DNA from: Rickettsiales bacterium
GTDB taxonomy: Bacteria; Pseudomonadota; Alphaproteobacteria; Rickettsiales; UBA1997
Direction: 5' to 3'
Length of the DNA: 64,000 nucleotides
Assembly (NCBI GenBank): GCA_017620845.1
Contig: JAGAUJ010000012.1
Coordinates: 1,315-65,314 of the forward strand
Below are positions 50,800-59,198 of the stretch, piece by piece. The notes beneath the pieces were generated by a model. That model was given only the letters and a program-made list of their open reading frames with translations. It searched no databases and was not told the DNA's origin. The position numbers were made by a program, and so were the translations under genes. Position 1 is the first letter of the stretch, and each line of letters opens with the position of its first letter.

Positions 50800-51582
50800 A
50801 TGTCAAAAGTAATTACATTAATTCCAGTTAGGATGAAAGCAACAAGACTACCAAACAAGCCATTGTTAGATGTTAATGGCAAGACAGTTTTACAAAGAGT
50901 TTGCGAAAATGTCAAAAAATACATACAAGGTGATGTATATGTTGCAGCAGGCGATCAAGAAATAGTTGATGCTTGCAAAGAATATGGGGTGCCAGCAGTT
51001 TTAACTGATCCGGCATTGCCATCAGGAACAGACAGAATTGCATCAGCGTTAAAACAAATAGATCCAGAAGGAAATAAATATGATATAGTTGTAAATTTCC
51101 AAGGCGATGGTCTAAATGTAGATCCAAGAGTTAATTTACCACTAATTGAAATGATAGAAAAAGGCGGTTGTGATATAGCAACTTGTGGTATGATTTTTAA
51201 AACAAAAGAAGCATCTGATAATCCAACAAATGTAAAAATTATTATGGGTTTAAGAGATGGCGAAAAAGAAGGAAGAGCACTTTATTTTACAAGAGCTGCA
51301 AATTGTCCTTTTACAAGAGATCCTGCTAAAATTAAAAATCAAGATTTATATCATCATATTGGTATTTATGTTTACACTGCGGAAGCATTGAGAAAAATGG
51401 TATCTTTGCCAGTTGGTGTTCTTGAAGAAAGAGAAAGTCTTGAACAATTAAGAGCTTTGGAAAATGGTATGACTATTAAGGCAAGAATTATAAGTCAGGA
51501 AGAAATGAAATTAAATCAAGACGCTCCTGCTGATGTAAATACACCAGAAGAATTAGAAGAAGCAAGAAAATATATAAAATAA
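50800..51582 (+). CDS. kdsB: Kdo cytidylyltransferase
   Basis: IPVRMKATRLPNKPL, SGTDRI, VNFQGD, HIGIYVY, LE.RESLEQLRALENG. Confidence 0.96.
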   Translation: MSKVITLIPVRMKATRLPNKPLLDVNGKTVLQRVCENVKKYIQGDVYVAAGDQEIVDACKEYGVPAVLTDPALPSGTDRIASALKQIDPEGNKYDIVVNFQGDGLNVDPRVNLPLIEMIEKGGCDIATCGMIFKTKEASDNPTNVKIIMGLRDGEKEGRALYFTRAANCPFTRDPAKIKNQDLYHHIGIYVYTAEALRKMVSLPVGVLEERESLEQLRALENGMTIKARIISQEEMKLNQDAPADVNTPEELEEARKYIK

Positions 51583-51610
51583 TATATTGTTATATTATTA
51601 ATACAAATAT

Positions 51611-51649
51611 AACTCCACTATTTTTTTAAAAAGATAATGTGGAGTTTTT
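51611..51649 (+). terminator. Putative intrinsic terminator after kdsB
   Basis: AACTCCAC...GTGGAGTT stem followed by ttt. Confidence 0.55.
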
Positions 51650-51921
51650 GTTTGTTATGTAGTTTATATAAAAAATGTGTTTATTTTGCTTATTGGTATT
51701 GTAAATTTTGATTTGTTATATAAATTTTGTTTGTTATAATTTAAAGTTTATATTATATATTTATATTATAATAAACTTTTATATATTAACAAAACAATAA
51801 GTTGCTACTTATTCCTTAACAAATAATATTTTTTATCTTGTTAATAATAATTAGCAATAATGCAATTAATAACAAGATAATATTAAATAAATTTATATTT
51901 TAAGATTATTAAGTTATAATT

Positions 51922-52356
51922 TTAACATTCTTTAATTTTTTTTCTTAAAATAGTAGTGCTTATATGTTTCGTATATGGAAAATAAACAACTTTTATCCCA
52001 TTTTCATTATACAATTTTTCCAATTTATTCCATTTTTCTGTTCCTTTCCAATCATCGCCCACAAAAATATAATCGGCATTATATTTTTTTAAACTTGGTA
52101 AACCATAATTATCTTTATTTATAGCAACTACCTCATCAACATATTTAATTGACTTAATTATTTCCATTCTTTCTTCCAATGGTATAATTGGCGTTTTATT
52201 TTTGTATTCCTTAATATATTCATCTGTATTTACACCAACGACCAAATAATCACAATATTCTTTGCATTTTTTTAATATATTTAAGTGTCCTATATGAAAT
52301 AAATCATAACAACCACCAGTAAAACCTATTATTTTATCTTTGTTATTATTTTGCAT
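51922..52356 (-). CDS. tagD: Glycerol-3-phosphate cytidylyltransferase (TagD-like)
   Basis: GGCYDLFHIGHLNIL, VGVNTD, VGDDWKG, PYTKHISTT. Confidence 0.85.
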   Translation of the reverse strand: MQNNNKDKIIGFTGGCYDLFHIGHLNILKKCKEYCDYLVVGVNTDEYIKEYKNKTPIIPLEERMEIIKSIKYVDEVVAINKDNYGLPSLKKYNADYIFVGDDWKGTEKWNKLEKLYNENGIKVVYFPYTKHISTTILRKKIKEC

Positions 52357-53620
52357 TTATAATATCCATTAAGTAATTAATAATATTTTCTGAAGCGTTA
52401 GTATTAAATACATCTTTATATTTTTCTAAATATTCTATTCTTATATTTTTCATATAATCATTATTATTTAAAACAACATCTTCTAAACATTTATTTAATT
52501 CACCAATGTTATAAACCTTATAATAACTATTTAAAATATCATTTGCCAAATTAGTTCTACCTTTTGAATCTTTTGAAATTGGAACTATAACTGGATTTTG
52601 TATTGGAAAATATTCTATTAAAAAAGAACCACAATCGGTAATTAAACATTTAGATTGTTTAAATAAATCAAAATAATTTCCAGAATCATAAACCAAACCG
52701 ATTTCTTCCCAATCTTTAAAATATTTATCACATTCTTCTTGTGTTAAAATGCCATTAGAGACAACAGAATATTTAAATCTTGGATGCGGTTTAAATACCC
52801 AATTTAATTCCTTGTGTTTTTTAGCAAATTCTAATATTTCTTTACCATTCCACTCAAAAGTTGCATATCTTAAACCTTCTTTTTCAAAAGAATGGTGCGG
52901 TGCATAAATTATATATTTCTTTTCATATTCTTTATTGTCAAAATAAACATCTAATTTTGGATGACCAGTAATTTTAAAATTAATTTTATTTGATATATTA
53001 TTTATAAAGTTATATTTTTCAGTTTTATTTACTATAAAATATGTATGTAAACATTCTAAAAAATACTTATAATAAGTATTTGATGAGTAATAGGTATTTG
53101 TAATAGCATATGGAATATACATACTTAAAGCAAATTTTGAAGTATTTTTTATATTTTGTTTTTTATTTATTTCCCAAGGTTGCTGATAAAACAATATATC
53201 TATATTAAAAACACTTAAATCTATATATTTATCATCTTTATAAGCCCAATCAACATTTATATTTAGATTTTTAAAAAAATCATAATTTAATTTTAACTCT
53301 TTTTCTCTTCCTTTAATATTTGTAACCAAAACCATTGGTTCAAATATATTACTTTTTTCCAATTTTTCATATAATTGTTGACAGTTCCATTTTTGTCTTT
53401 CACTTACTAAAAAAGCAACCTTTATCTTTTGATTATTTTTTACTTTTTGTTTTATTTTTTTAATTACTTGTGTGTAGTTGTTTTTTATATGTTTACATTC
53501 TATATATTCTACATATTTATTAATATGTTTTCTACATTTTTTTCTCCAACTTTTTATTGGAATAAAAAAACAAATCAATTTTATTATTAATCTAATCATA
53601 TTTTTAATATTTATTACCAA
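52346..53620 (-). CDS. CDP-glycerol:glycerophosphate transferase (TagB/TagF-like)
   Basis: YQQPW, YIPY, TGHPKLD, IIYAPH, FKPHP, LITDCGSF. Confidence 0.82.
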   Translation of the reverse strand: MVINIKNMIRLIIKLICFFIPIKSWRKKCRKHINKYVEYIECKHIKNNYTQVIKKIKQKVKNNQKIKVAFLVSERQKWNCQQLYEKLEKSNIFEPMVLVTNIKGREKELKLNYDFFKNLNINVDWAYKDDKYIDLSVFNIDILFYQQPWEINKKQNIKNTSKFALSMYIPYAITNTYYSSNTYYKYFLECLHTYFIVNKTEKYNFINNISNKINFKITGHPKLDVYFDNKEYEKKYIIYAPHHSFEKEGLRYATFEWNGKEILEFAKKHKELNWVFKPHPRFKYSVVSNGILTQEECDKYFKDWEEIGLVYDSGNYFDLFKQSKCLITDCGSFLIEYFPIQNPVIVPISKDSKGRTNLANDILNSYYKVYNIGELNKCLEDVVLNNNDYMKNIRIEYLEKYKDVFNTNASENIINYLMDIINAK

Positions 53621-54186
53621 ATAAGAAATTTTTTATTTGCTTTTAATTTTTCATAATGTTCTTTATTTCTATATTTAAATACTTTTGCCGGATTGCCACC
53701 TGCTATTGCTAACGGTGGGATTTCGCCGTGAACCACCGCACCGGCCTGTATAATAGCGCCTTCGCCAATTTTTGTTCCAGGTAAAATAGTTACTCTGCTA
53801 CCAATCCAAACACAATCACCAATTTCAATATCTTTGTATATATAATCATTGGATGAATATGGAATATGTTGTCCACCATCATAATTGTGATTTTGTGCAA
53901 TTATTAATAATTCTATTCCGCTGTGAAAATAATTTCCAATTAAAACCTTACCACTACCATGTATTTCACAGCCATTAAATCTACAATAATCTCCAACATA
54001 TGTATTTTTATTTAAAATAGTTTTATCTCCACATCGTAATTTTTTGCCAACATGCGAATTCCTATATGCTCTTTGTGTCCATTCATTATTATCAACAACA
54101 AATTTTATCATAAATTTTTCTCTAACTTTATGTCTTAATTGCTTATTTGGAATAAACCAACAAATGATTCTAACAAAAAATTTCAT
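53614..54186 (-). CDS. Hexapeptide-repeat sugar O-acetyltransferase
   Basis: NHNY, IGDCVWIGSRVTILPGTKIGEGAIIQAGAVV, GGNPAK. Confidence 0.9.
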   Translation of the reverse strand: MKFFVRIICWFIPNKQLRHKVREKFMIKFVVDNNEWTQRAYRNSHVGKKLRCGDKTILNKNTYVGDYCRFNGCEIHGSGKVLIGNYFHSGIELLIIAQNHNYDGGQHIPYSSNDYIYKDIEIGDCVWIGSRVTILPGTKIGEGAIIQAGAVVHGEIPPLAIAGGNPAKVFKYRNKEHYEKLKANKKFLIW

Positions 54187-54200
54187 AATATATCCTCCAT

Positions 54201-55337
54201 TTATTTTATAACATCAATAATACTTATAACTGGAATACTAAACAACTTAATATATTTTTTATTTGCCTTAATTCTAATTCCAAATATTTCTATACAATTA
54301 AACAATCTAACCGAAGTTTTTAATCTATTTTTAACTATTGTTAACAATTTAATTTTACTAAAAATACTAACATAATTATTTGTTGTAACACCAAATTGCC
54401 TTAAATCGCTTACATTATTTATTTTGAACAATTCAATATACATAAACTTATTTGTTAATAAATTGTAATTAAAATTATCTTTTATATATTGTATTGTTTC
54501 ATATAAACTATTTAATAAAATATTATTGTCATATATTTTATACAGTATAGAATAATAAAATATAGAATTTACCAAATCATTAAAATATTTATCTAATATT
54601 TCATTATTCATTTTATGGCCGTAAACATTTAATAAATTTATTCTCATTTTTACCGATTCTAAAAAACCAGTAAATTTATCTTCAATATTGTTTATAATAT
54701 TTGTTGTAGCAGAATTTTTTCTTAATATATAATAATAACAAGATTTTTTATTTTTATCTAATATTACTGTTTTATTTGATTTTAACAATACTTCTAATTC
54801 AAAAGTAGTATCTTCTGCTATTTTAATACCAATTGGAAATTGTATATTATTATCTTTTATAAATTGTCTTCTGTAAATATTAAAACAAAAGTTATAATAT
54901 GTATAAATACCACTTCTATTAATTAATTTTTGTGAATTATTTTTTAATTTTTTAATCTTATAATATTTTGCTTCTACAATATCTGCATCTTCTTTTTTTG
55001 CCTTATTATACAAATTCTCAAAAAAATCCAAATCAACATAATCATCACTATCTACAAAACCTATATATTCACCCTGTGATGCTTCAATACCGTTATTTCT
55101 TGCAACAGAAACTCCTTGATTTTCTTGATCTATTATTTTAATTCTTTTATCCTTTTCTGCATATTGTTTTAATATACTTAAAGAATTGTCCATTGAACCA
55201 TCATTTATACAAATTATTTCTATATTTTGTAATGTTTGATTTATTAAACTATTTAAACATCTTTCTAAATATTGTTCTACATTGTAAACAGGAACAATAA
55301 TTGAAACTGAAATATTACTTTTTTTATCTATTGTCAT
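54201..55337 (-). CDS. GT2 family glycosyltransferase
   Basis: VSIIVPVYNVEQYL, INDGS.D, NQGVSVARN, FVDSDD, AED; ATG 55337 has an AAAGGTGG SD. Confidence 0.93.
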   Translation of the reverse strand: MTIDKKSNISVSIIVPVYNVEQYLERCLNSLINQTLQNIEIICINDGSMDNSLSILKQYAEKDKRIKIIDQENQGVSVARNNGIEASQGEYIGFVDSDDYVDLDFFENLYNKAKKEDADIVEAKYYKIKKLKNNSQKLINRSGIYTYYNFCFNIYRRQFIKDNNIQFPIGIKIAEDTTFELEVLLKSNKTVILDKNKKSCYYYILRKNSATTNIINNIEDKFTGFLESVKMRINLLNVYGHKMNNEILDKYFNDLVNSIFYYSILYKIYDNNILLNSLYETIQYIKDNFNYNLLTNKFMYIELFKINNVSDLRQFGVTTNNYVSIFSKIKLLTIVKNRLKTSVRLFNCIEIFGIRIKANKKYIKLFSIPVISIIDVIK

Positions 55338-55365
55338 TTTGCCACCTTTACATAACTTACTCAAA

Positions 55366-55479
55366 TTAATAAATAGTCTTATACATTAGTATTTTTTTGA
55401 TACTACAAATAACAGCAAACAACAAAGTATTTATTCGTTGTAAAATTATTTTGTTATTACTTTTTAATCTTATAAACAT
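55366..55479 (-). CDS. Putative 37-aa leader peptide/small ORF
   Basis: AGGAG SD 6 nt before ATG; MFIRLKSNNKIILQRINTLLFAVICSIKKILMYKTIY. Confidence 0.4.
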   Translation of the reverse strand: MFIRLKSNNKIILQRINTLLFAVICSIKKILMYKTIY

Positions 55480-55500
55480 CCTAACTCCTATATAAATTGA

Positions 55501-55536
55501 CCTAATGCACCAAAATACACATTTTGGTGCATTAGG
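55501..55536. repeat. Left recombination site (IRL) of invertible switch
   Basis: CCTAATGCACCAAAAT-ACAC-ATTTTGGTGCATTAGG palindrome; core 55505-55532. Confidence 0.9.
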
Positions 55537-55678
55537 ACAGCAGAGATACAATATTAGATTATTTTACAAATAATAAAAATTAGAGGATTTATTAATTTAT
55601 GCACCGTATTGACTTTAAAAAAATCTTTATTTATCATAATTATTAGAGTTATGCACCAAAATGTGTATTTTGGTGCAT
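55505..55678. mobile_element. Putative invertible promoter segment (phase-variation switch)
   Basis: 28-bp perfect inverted repeats with asymmetric spacer flank a sigma70-like promoter; tyrosine recombinase 0.7 kb away. Confidence 0.8.
55609..55637 (+). promoter_or_regulatory. sigma70-like promoter inside the invertible segment, facing away from the polysaccharide operon
   Basis: TTGACT-17 nt-TATCAT. Confidence 0.7.
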
Positions 55679-55680
55679 AA
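55649..55680. repeat. Right recombination site (IRR) of invertible switch
   Basis: TTATGCACCAAAAT-GTGT-ATTTTGGTGCATAA; core 55651-55678 is the exact reverse complement of 55505-55532. Confidence 0.9.
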
Positions 55681-55810
55681 AAAACGGTGCATAAATTATA
55701 AATATTATTATTTTATTTTTTTATATTGGAAATGTATTAAAAAGTTTTAAAATTTTTTGAAAATTAGTATATTTTTATGTCTGTCTTATGTAAATAAATA
55801 ATTACAACTA

Positions 55811-56080
55811 TTAATTCTTATAAACTTCTGCTCTATGTCCTATATCTATAACTAATATAAGTAATATGTCATCTTCTATACTACAAATTATTCTGTAATC
55901 ACCAACTCTATATCTCCATAATCCACTCATATTTGCTAAAAGTGGTTTGCCAAATGATTTGGGGTTAGTATTAGAATTAACAATTTTATGAAGATATTTT
56001 AATATTTGTGTTTCTGTATTTTTATCAAGTTTTTTTAAAAATTTTCTTGGTTTATCTTCAAATTTAATCTGCCAAATCAA
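55811..56080 (-). CDS. relE: RelE/StbE-family type II toxin
   Basis: LKKLD, NPKSFGKPL, LWRYRVGDYRIIC.I, IGHR.EVY. Confidence 0.93.
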   Translation of the reverse strand: MIWQIKFEDKPRKFLKKLDKNTETQILKYLHKIVNSNTNPKSFGKPLLANMSGLWRYRVGDYRIICSIEDDILLILVIDIGHRAEVYKN

Positions 56081-56300
56081 TTTTATCCTCCATTAATATT
56101 TCTTCAAATGAAACTGATTTTTTGCCATTTTTTAACCATCTGTTATATGCTTCTTCGCCAATTTTAGCATCATATAAATCTTCTAAATATTCTTGTAGGG
56201 CAATTCTTACAAGAGAACTTTTACTTCTATCTTCTTCTTTTGAAAATCTTGTAAGTAAATTATTTAATTCTGTTGGAATTTTAATTGTTATTGTTTCCAT
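56064..56300 (-). CDS. Ribbon-helix-helix antitoxin (RelB/DUF6290-like)
   Basis: TITIKIP...RSKSSLVRIALQEYLEDLYD; overlaps the toxin start. Confidence 0.88.
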   Translation of the reverse strand: METITIKIPTELNNLLTRFSKEEDRSKSSLVRIALQEYLEDLYDAKIGEEAYNRWLKNGKKSVSFEEILMEDKIDLAD

Positions 56301-56363
56301 AATATTCTGTATTATTTAGTATTACTTTATAATATAATATAATATTTTTTATTGTCAATAAAA

Positions 56364-56912
56364 TTATAACTCAAAATTCATATAAGTTTTATTAATATCT
56401 TCTTGTGTTATGCCTATGTATCTTAAAGTAATATCTTGTGATGAGTGGTTAAATATTTTTTGTAGCATTACAACATCGTTAAATTGTTTATAGTGGTGTA
56501 ATCCAAATGTTTTTCTCATTGTATGTGTTCCAATGTTGCTTTTTATACCACAAATTTTACAGGCTTCGTTTAAAAATCTATATACTTGTGATCTTGAAAG
56601 TCGTTTGCCTTTTTTACCCATAAATAATGGTTTAGTTGTGTCTTTTTTGTTTTGTGTGTATAAAAATAGTTCTTGTTGTAATTTTTTGTTTAATGGAAAA
56701 TGTTTTGTTTTTTGGGTTTTTTGTTCTGTTATTATTATGTGATCTTTGTTTTTTATGTCTTGTATGTTTAATGAAAGTATGTCGCTTACTCTTAAACCGG
56801 AGTTAATACCTAAAATAAAGATTATGTAGTTTCGGGTGTTTGTTTGTTTTAAGTATTGTTGTATTTTGATAATGTCCTCTTTGTTGTAGAGTGGTTCTGT
56901 TGTTTTTTGCAT
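56364..56912 (-). CDS. Minimal (catalytic-domain-only) tyrosine recombinase, likely invertase
   Basis: GLRVSD (R), EQKT (K), HTMRKT (HxxR), FNHSS (H), TLRYIG (Y); 182 aa. Confidence 0.92.
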   Translation of the reverse strand: MQKTTEPLYNKEDIIKIQQYLKQTNTRNYIIFILGINSGLRVSDILSLNIQDIKNKDHIIITEQKTQKTKHFPLNKKLQQELFLYTQNKKDTTKPLFMGKKGKRLSRSQVYRFLNEACKICGIKSNIGTHTMRKTFGLHHYKQFNDVVMLQKIFNHSSQDITLRYIGITQEDINKTYMNFEL

Positions 56913-57091
56913 GATTTTTGTTTGGTTGTTTGTTGTTATTAGTATATTGGTTTTTTAAAAGTGGGAGTAGTTGTTTGTGAAATATTGATATATTATTGTT
57001 TAATTTTGTGAATATATTTGTTGCATAAAAGGAATTAATTAAGTTAATTAATATGATTTATTATTATAATTAATTTATTTGAAAATACTAT

Positions 57092-58462
57092 TTACAACAG
57101 TAACACGGTTGCTAACTGTAAAATTAACAAAAATGTTAATGAATCAATTGTAGTTGTTATAAAAGAACCGGAACTAACCGCTGGATCAAACTTTAATTTA
57201 TTTAATATTAATGGAACTATACTTGCTATAAATCCACCTAAAACAAGCACAAATACTAAAGTTAAGAAAAATATAAATGCTAACATAAAATTATGTTTCC
57301 ATATATAAACACCAGCACCACCAATTAAACCAATTCCAATACCATTTAATAAGCCAGTAAATGTTTCTTTACAAATAACTTTACCTATACTCATGTTATT
57401 AAATTTTCGTCCAGCAAGATTTCTAACCATAACGGTTAAAGTTTGTGTTCCAGCAATTCCACCAATACCAGATGCCAAGGGCATTAAAGCTGACAAAACA
57501 ACAAGTTTTTCAACAGTGCCAGAGAAACAACTAATAACTGCACTACTTATTGAGGTTGCTAATATTGTAATTACTAACCAAGGAAACCTATTTTTTGCAG
57601 ATTTAAAAATATTTGAATATGTATCATCTTCCGAAACATTACCCATTAACAATAAATCTTCTCCGGATTCTTCTTGCATAATATCTACCATATCTGCTAA
57701 ATATAACATACCAACTAAAACACCATTGTCGTTTACAACAGGTGCAGATCTTAAATTATATTTATTAAATAAAAGTGCTGCTTCTTCTTGATTCATATCG
57801 CATCTTAATATTTTAAGATCTTCAACATCTCTCATAATTCTTGATATTTTTTTGTTTGATTCAGATCTTAAAATTTGTCCGGCAGATATTGTTGAAACTG
57901 GTCTATAATATTCATCAACAACAACTATTTCAGAAAATTCACCAGTTAAACTTCTGTTTTTTTGCATATATTTTATAACTTCTTCAACAGTCCAGTCTTT
58001 TGGGACTGCGGTATATTCTTTTGAACCAATCAAACGACCAACACTATCTTCTGGGTATGATAAAGATTCTTCAATTAATTCTTTTTTGGATTTTAATTTT
58101 GTTTCTTCTATAATTTCTTTTACAAAATCAGTATCTTCCATTCCTTCTAAAATATATACAACATCATCAACGTTTAATTTTGATAATATGTTAACCAAAT
58201 TATCCCTTTGTATTAATAGTATGATTTCGTTTCTTAAATCATCTTGTAATTCAAGTAATACTTCTGGATCAAATTGTGAACCCAATATGTCAATTAATTC
58301 TATTCTTTCATTTTTGTTTAAACAACCAATTAAGTCTGCTTGATCGGCAGGGTGTAGGTCTGGCACTATTTTTTTGATTTGTGTTTTTAAGTTTAATTCT
58401 AATGCATTTTTTATTCTTTCTGTAAGACTTCCAGATATACCATAATTTATACTTTTTTCCAC
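57092..58462 (-). CDS. mgtE: Magnesium transporter MgtE
   Basis: LHPADQAD, YPEDSVGRL, CBS pair, RFPWL, GGIAGTQ, DPAVSSG.FITT..D. Confidence 0.95.
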   Translation of the reverse strand: MEKSINYGISGSLTERIKNALELNLKTQIKKIVPDLHPADQADLIGCLNKNERIELIDILGSQFDPEVLLELQDDLRNEIILLIQRDNLVNILSKLNVDDVVYILEGMEDTDFVKEIIEETKLKSKKELIEESLSYPEDSVGRLIGSKEYTAVPKDWTVEEVIKYMQKNRSLTGEFSEIVVVDEYYRPVSTISAGQILRSESNKKISRIMRDVEDLKILRCDMNQEEAALLFNKYNLRSAPVVNDNGVLVGMLYLADMVDIMQEESGEDLLLMGNVSEDDTYSNIFKSAKNRFPWLVITILATSISSAVISCFSGTVEKLVVLSALMPLASGIGGIAGTQTLTVMVRNLAGRKFNNMSIGKVICKETFTGLLNGIGIGLIGGAGVYIWKHNFMLAFIFFLTLVFVLVLGGFIASIVPLILNKLKFDPAVSSGSFITTTIDSLTFLLILQLATVLLL

Positions 58463-58623
58463 CGCCTCTCCTTATTATTCATATTTATTAAATTGTAGTG
58501 TATTATATTTTTTTCAAAAAACAAGATTTATTTTATAATAAATGTTGTAAATGTTTAATAATATTGTTGTTTTTAAAAAAGATAAAACTATTATTTACTT
58601 ATAAGTAATAAAATAATGAATTA

Positions 58624-59198
58624 ATGAAAAAAGCATTATTATCAATGGTATTGGGAATTTCAGTAATATCTTGTTCTAATATAAAAAAAGATTATATAAT
58701 TACAGATGCATCATATTTACCAGCACCAAAATGGGTAAAGAAAGGAAAATATGAAACATCTAAAAAGATGAATATAAATATTTTATATCAAAAGGTGAAA
58801 ATGTTAATCAACGATTATGTGAAAAAACTGCTAAAACAAGGGCAAATTTAGTTGTTGCAAGTGAGATATCAAGTAATATTGAAGATGTTTATAAAAATAT
58901 TATAAATAGCAATGGGGATGAATCCAGTGAAATTACAAGTGAAAAATTACAACAAAATATAAAATTGAATTTGGCAGGTATAGAAAATGAAGAAACTTAT
59001 TGGGAAAAGAGACAATATCAAACAAAACTCGGTGCAAGTAAGGATGTAACAAAATATCAATGTTATTCGCTTGTTAAAATGAATAAAGAAAATTATAATA
59101 AGGCGGTTAATTTGTCAGTAGAGAAAATGTTATCTTCTATTTCAAATGAAGTTAAACAAGAAGTAATTAATACAGTAATTGAAAATGAAAATAATTAA
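58624..59198 (+). CDS. LPP20-like lipoprotein (about 191 aa) split by a -1 frameshift at 58762-58766
   Basis: Lipobox VISC, APKWV. Adding one A gives SKKDEYKYFISKGENVNQRLCEKTAKTRANLVVASEISS..., in frame with 58965-59198. Confidence 0.72.

Noticed and set aside
31256-51646. REP-like family from two AACTCCA...TGGAGTT hairpins (31256, 51611)
   Set aside because: Only two copies with different loops, both at gene ends; ordinary terminators suffice.
55366-55551. 61-aa ORF from the track
   Set aside because: It starts at a TTG inside the invertible segment and runs through IRL. Only the 37-aa part from ATG 55479 has an SD.
55501-55698. Mini-CRISPR array or REP/terminator reading of the palindromes
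   Set aside because: There are only two full copies, their spacers are inverted rather than direct, the gap is 118 bp and no cas genes are present. Recombination sites explain them better.
55811-56912. Prophage or integron
   Set aside because: No phage structural genes, attC sites or IntI-specific insertion. The recombinase lacks an arm-binding domain.
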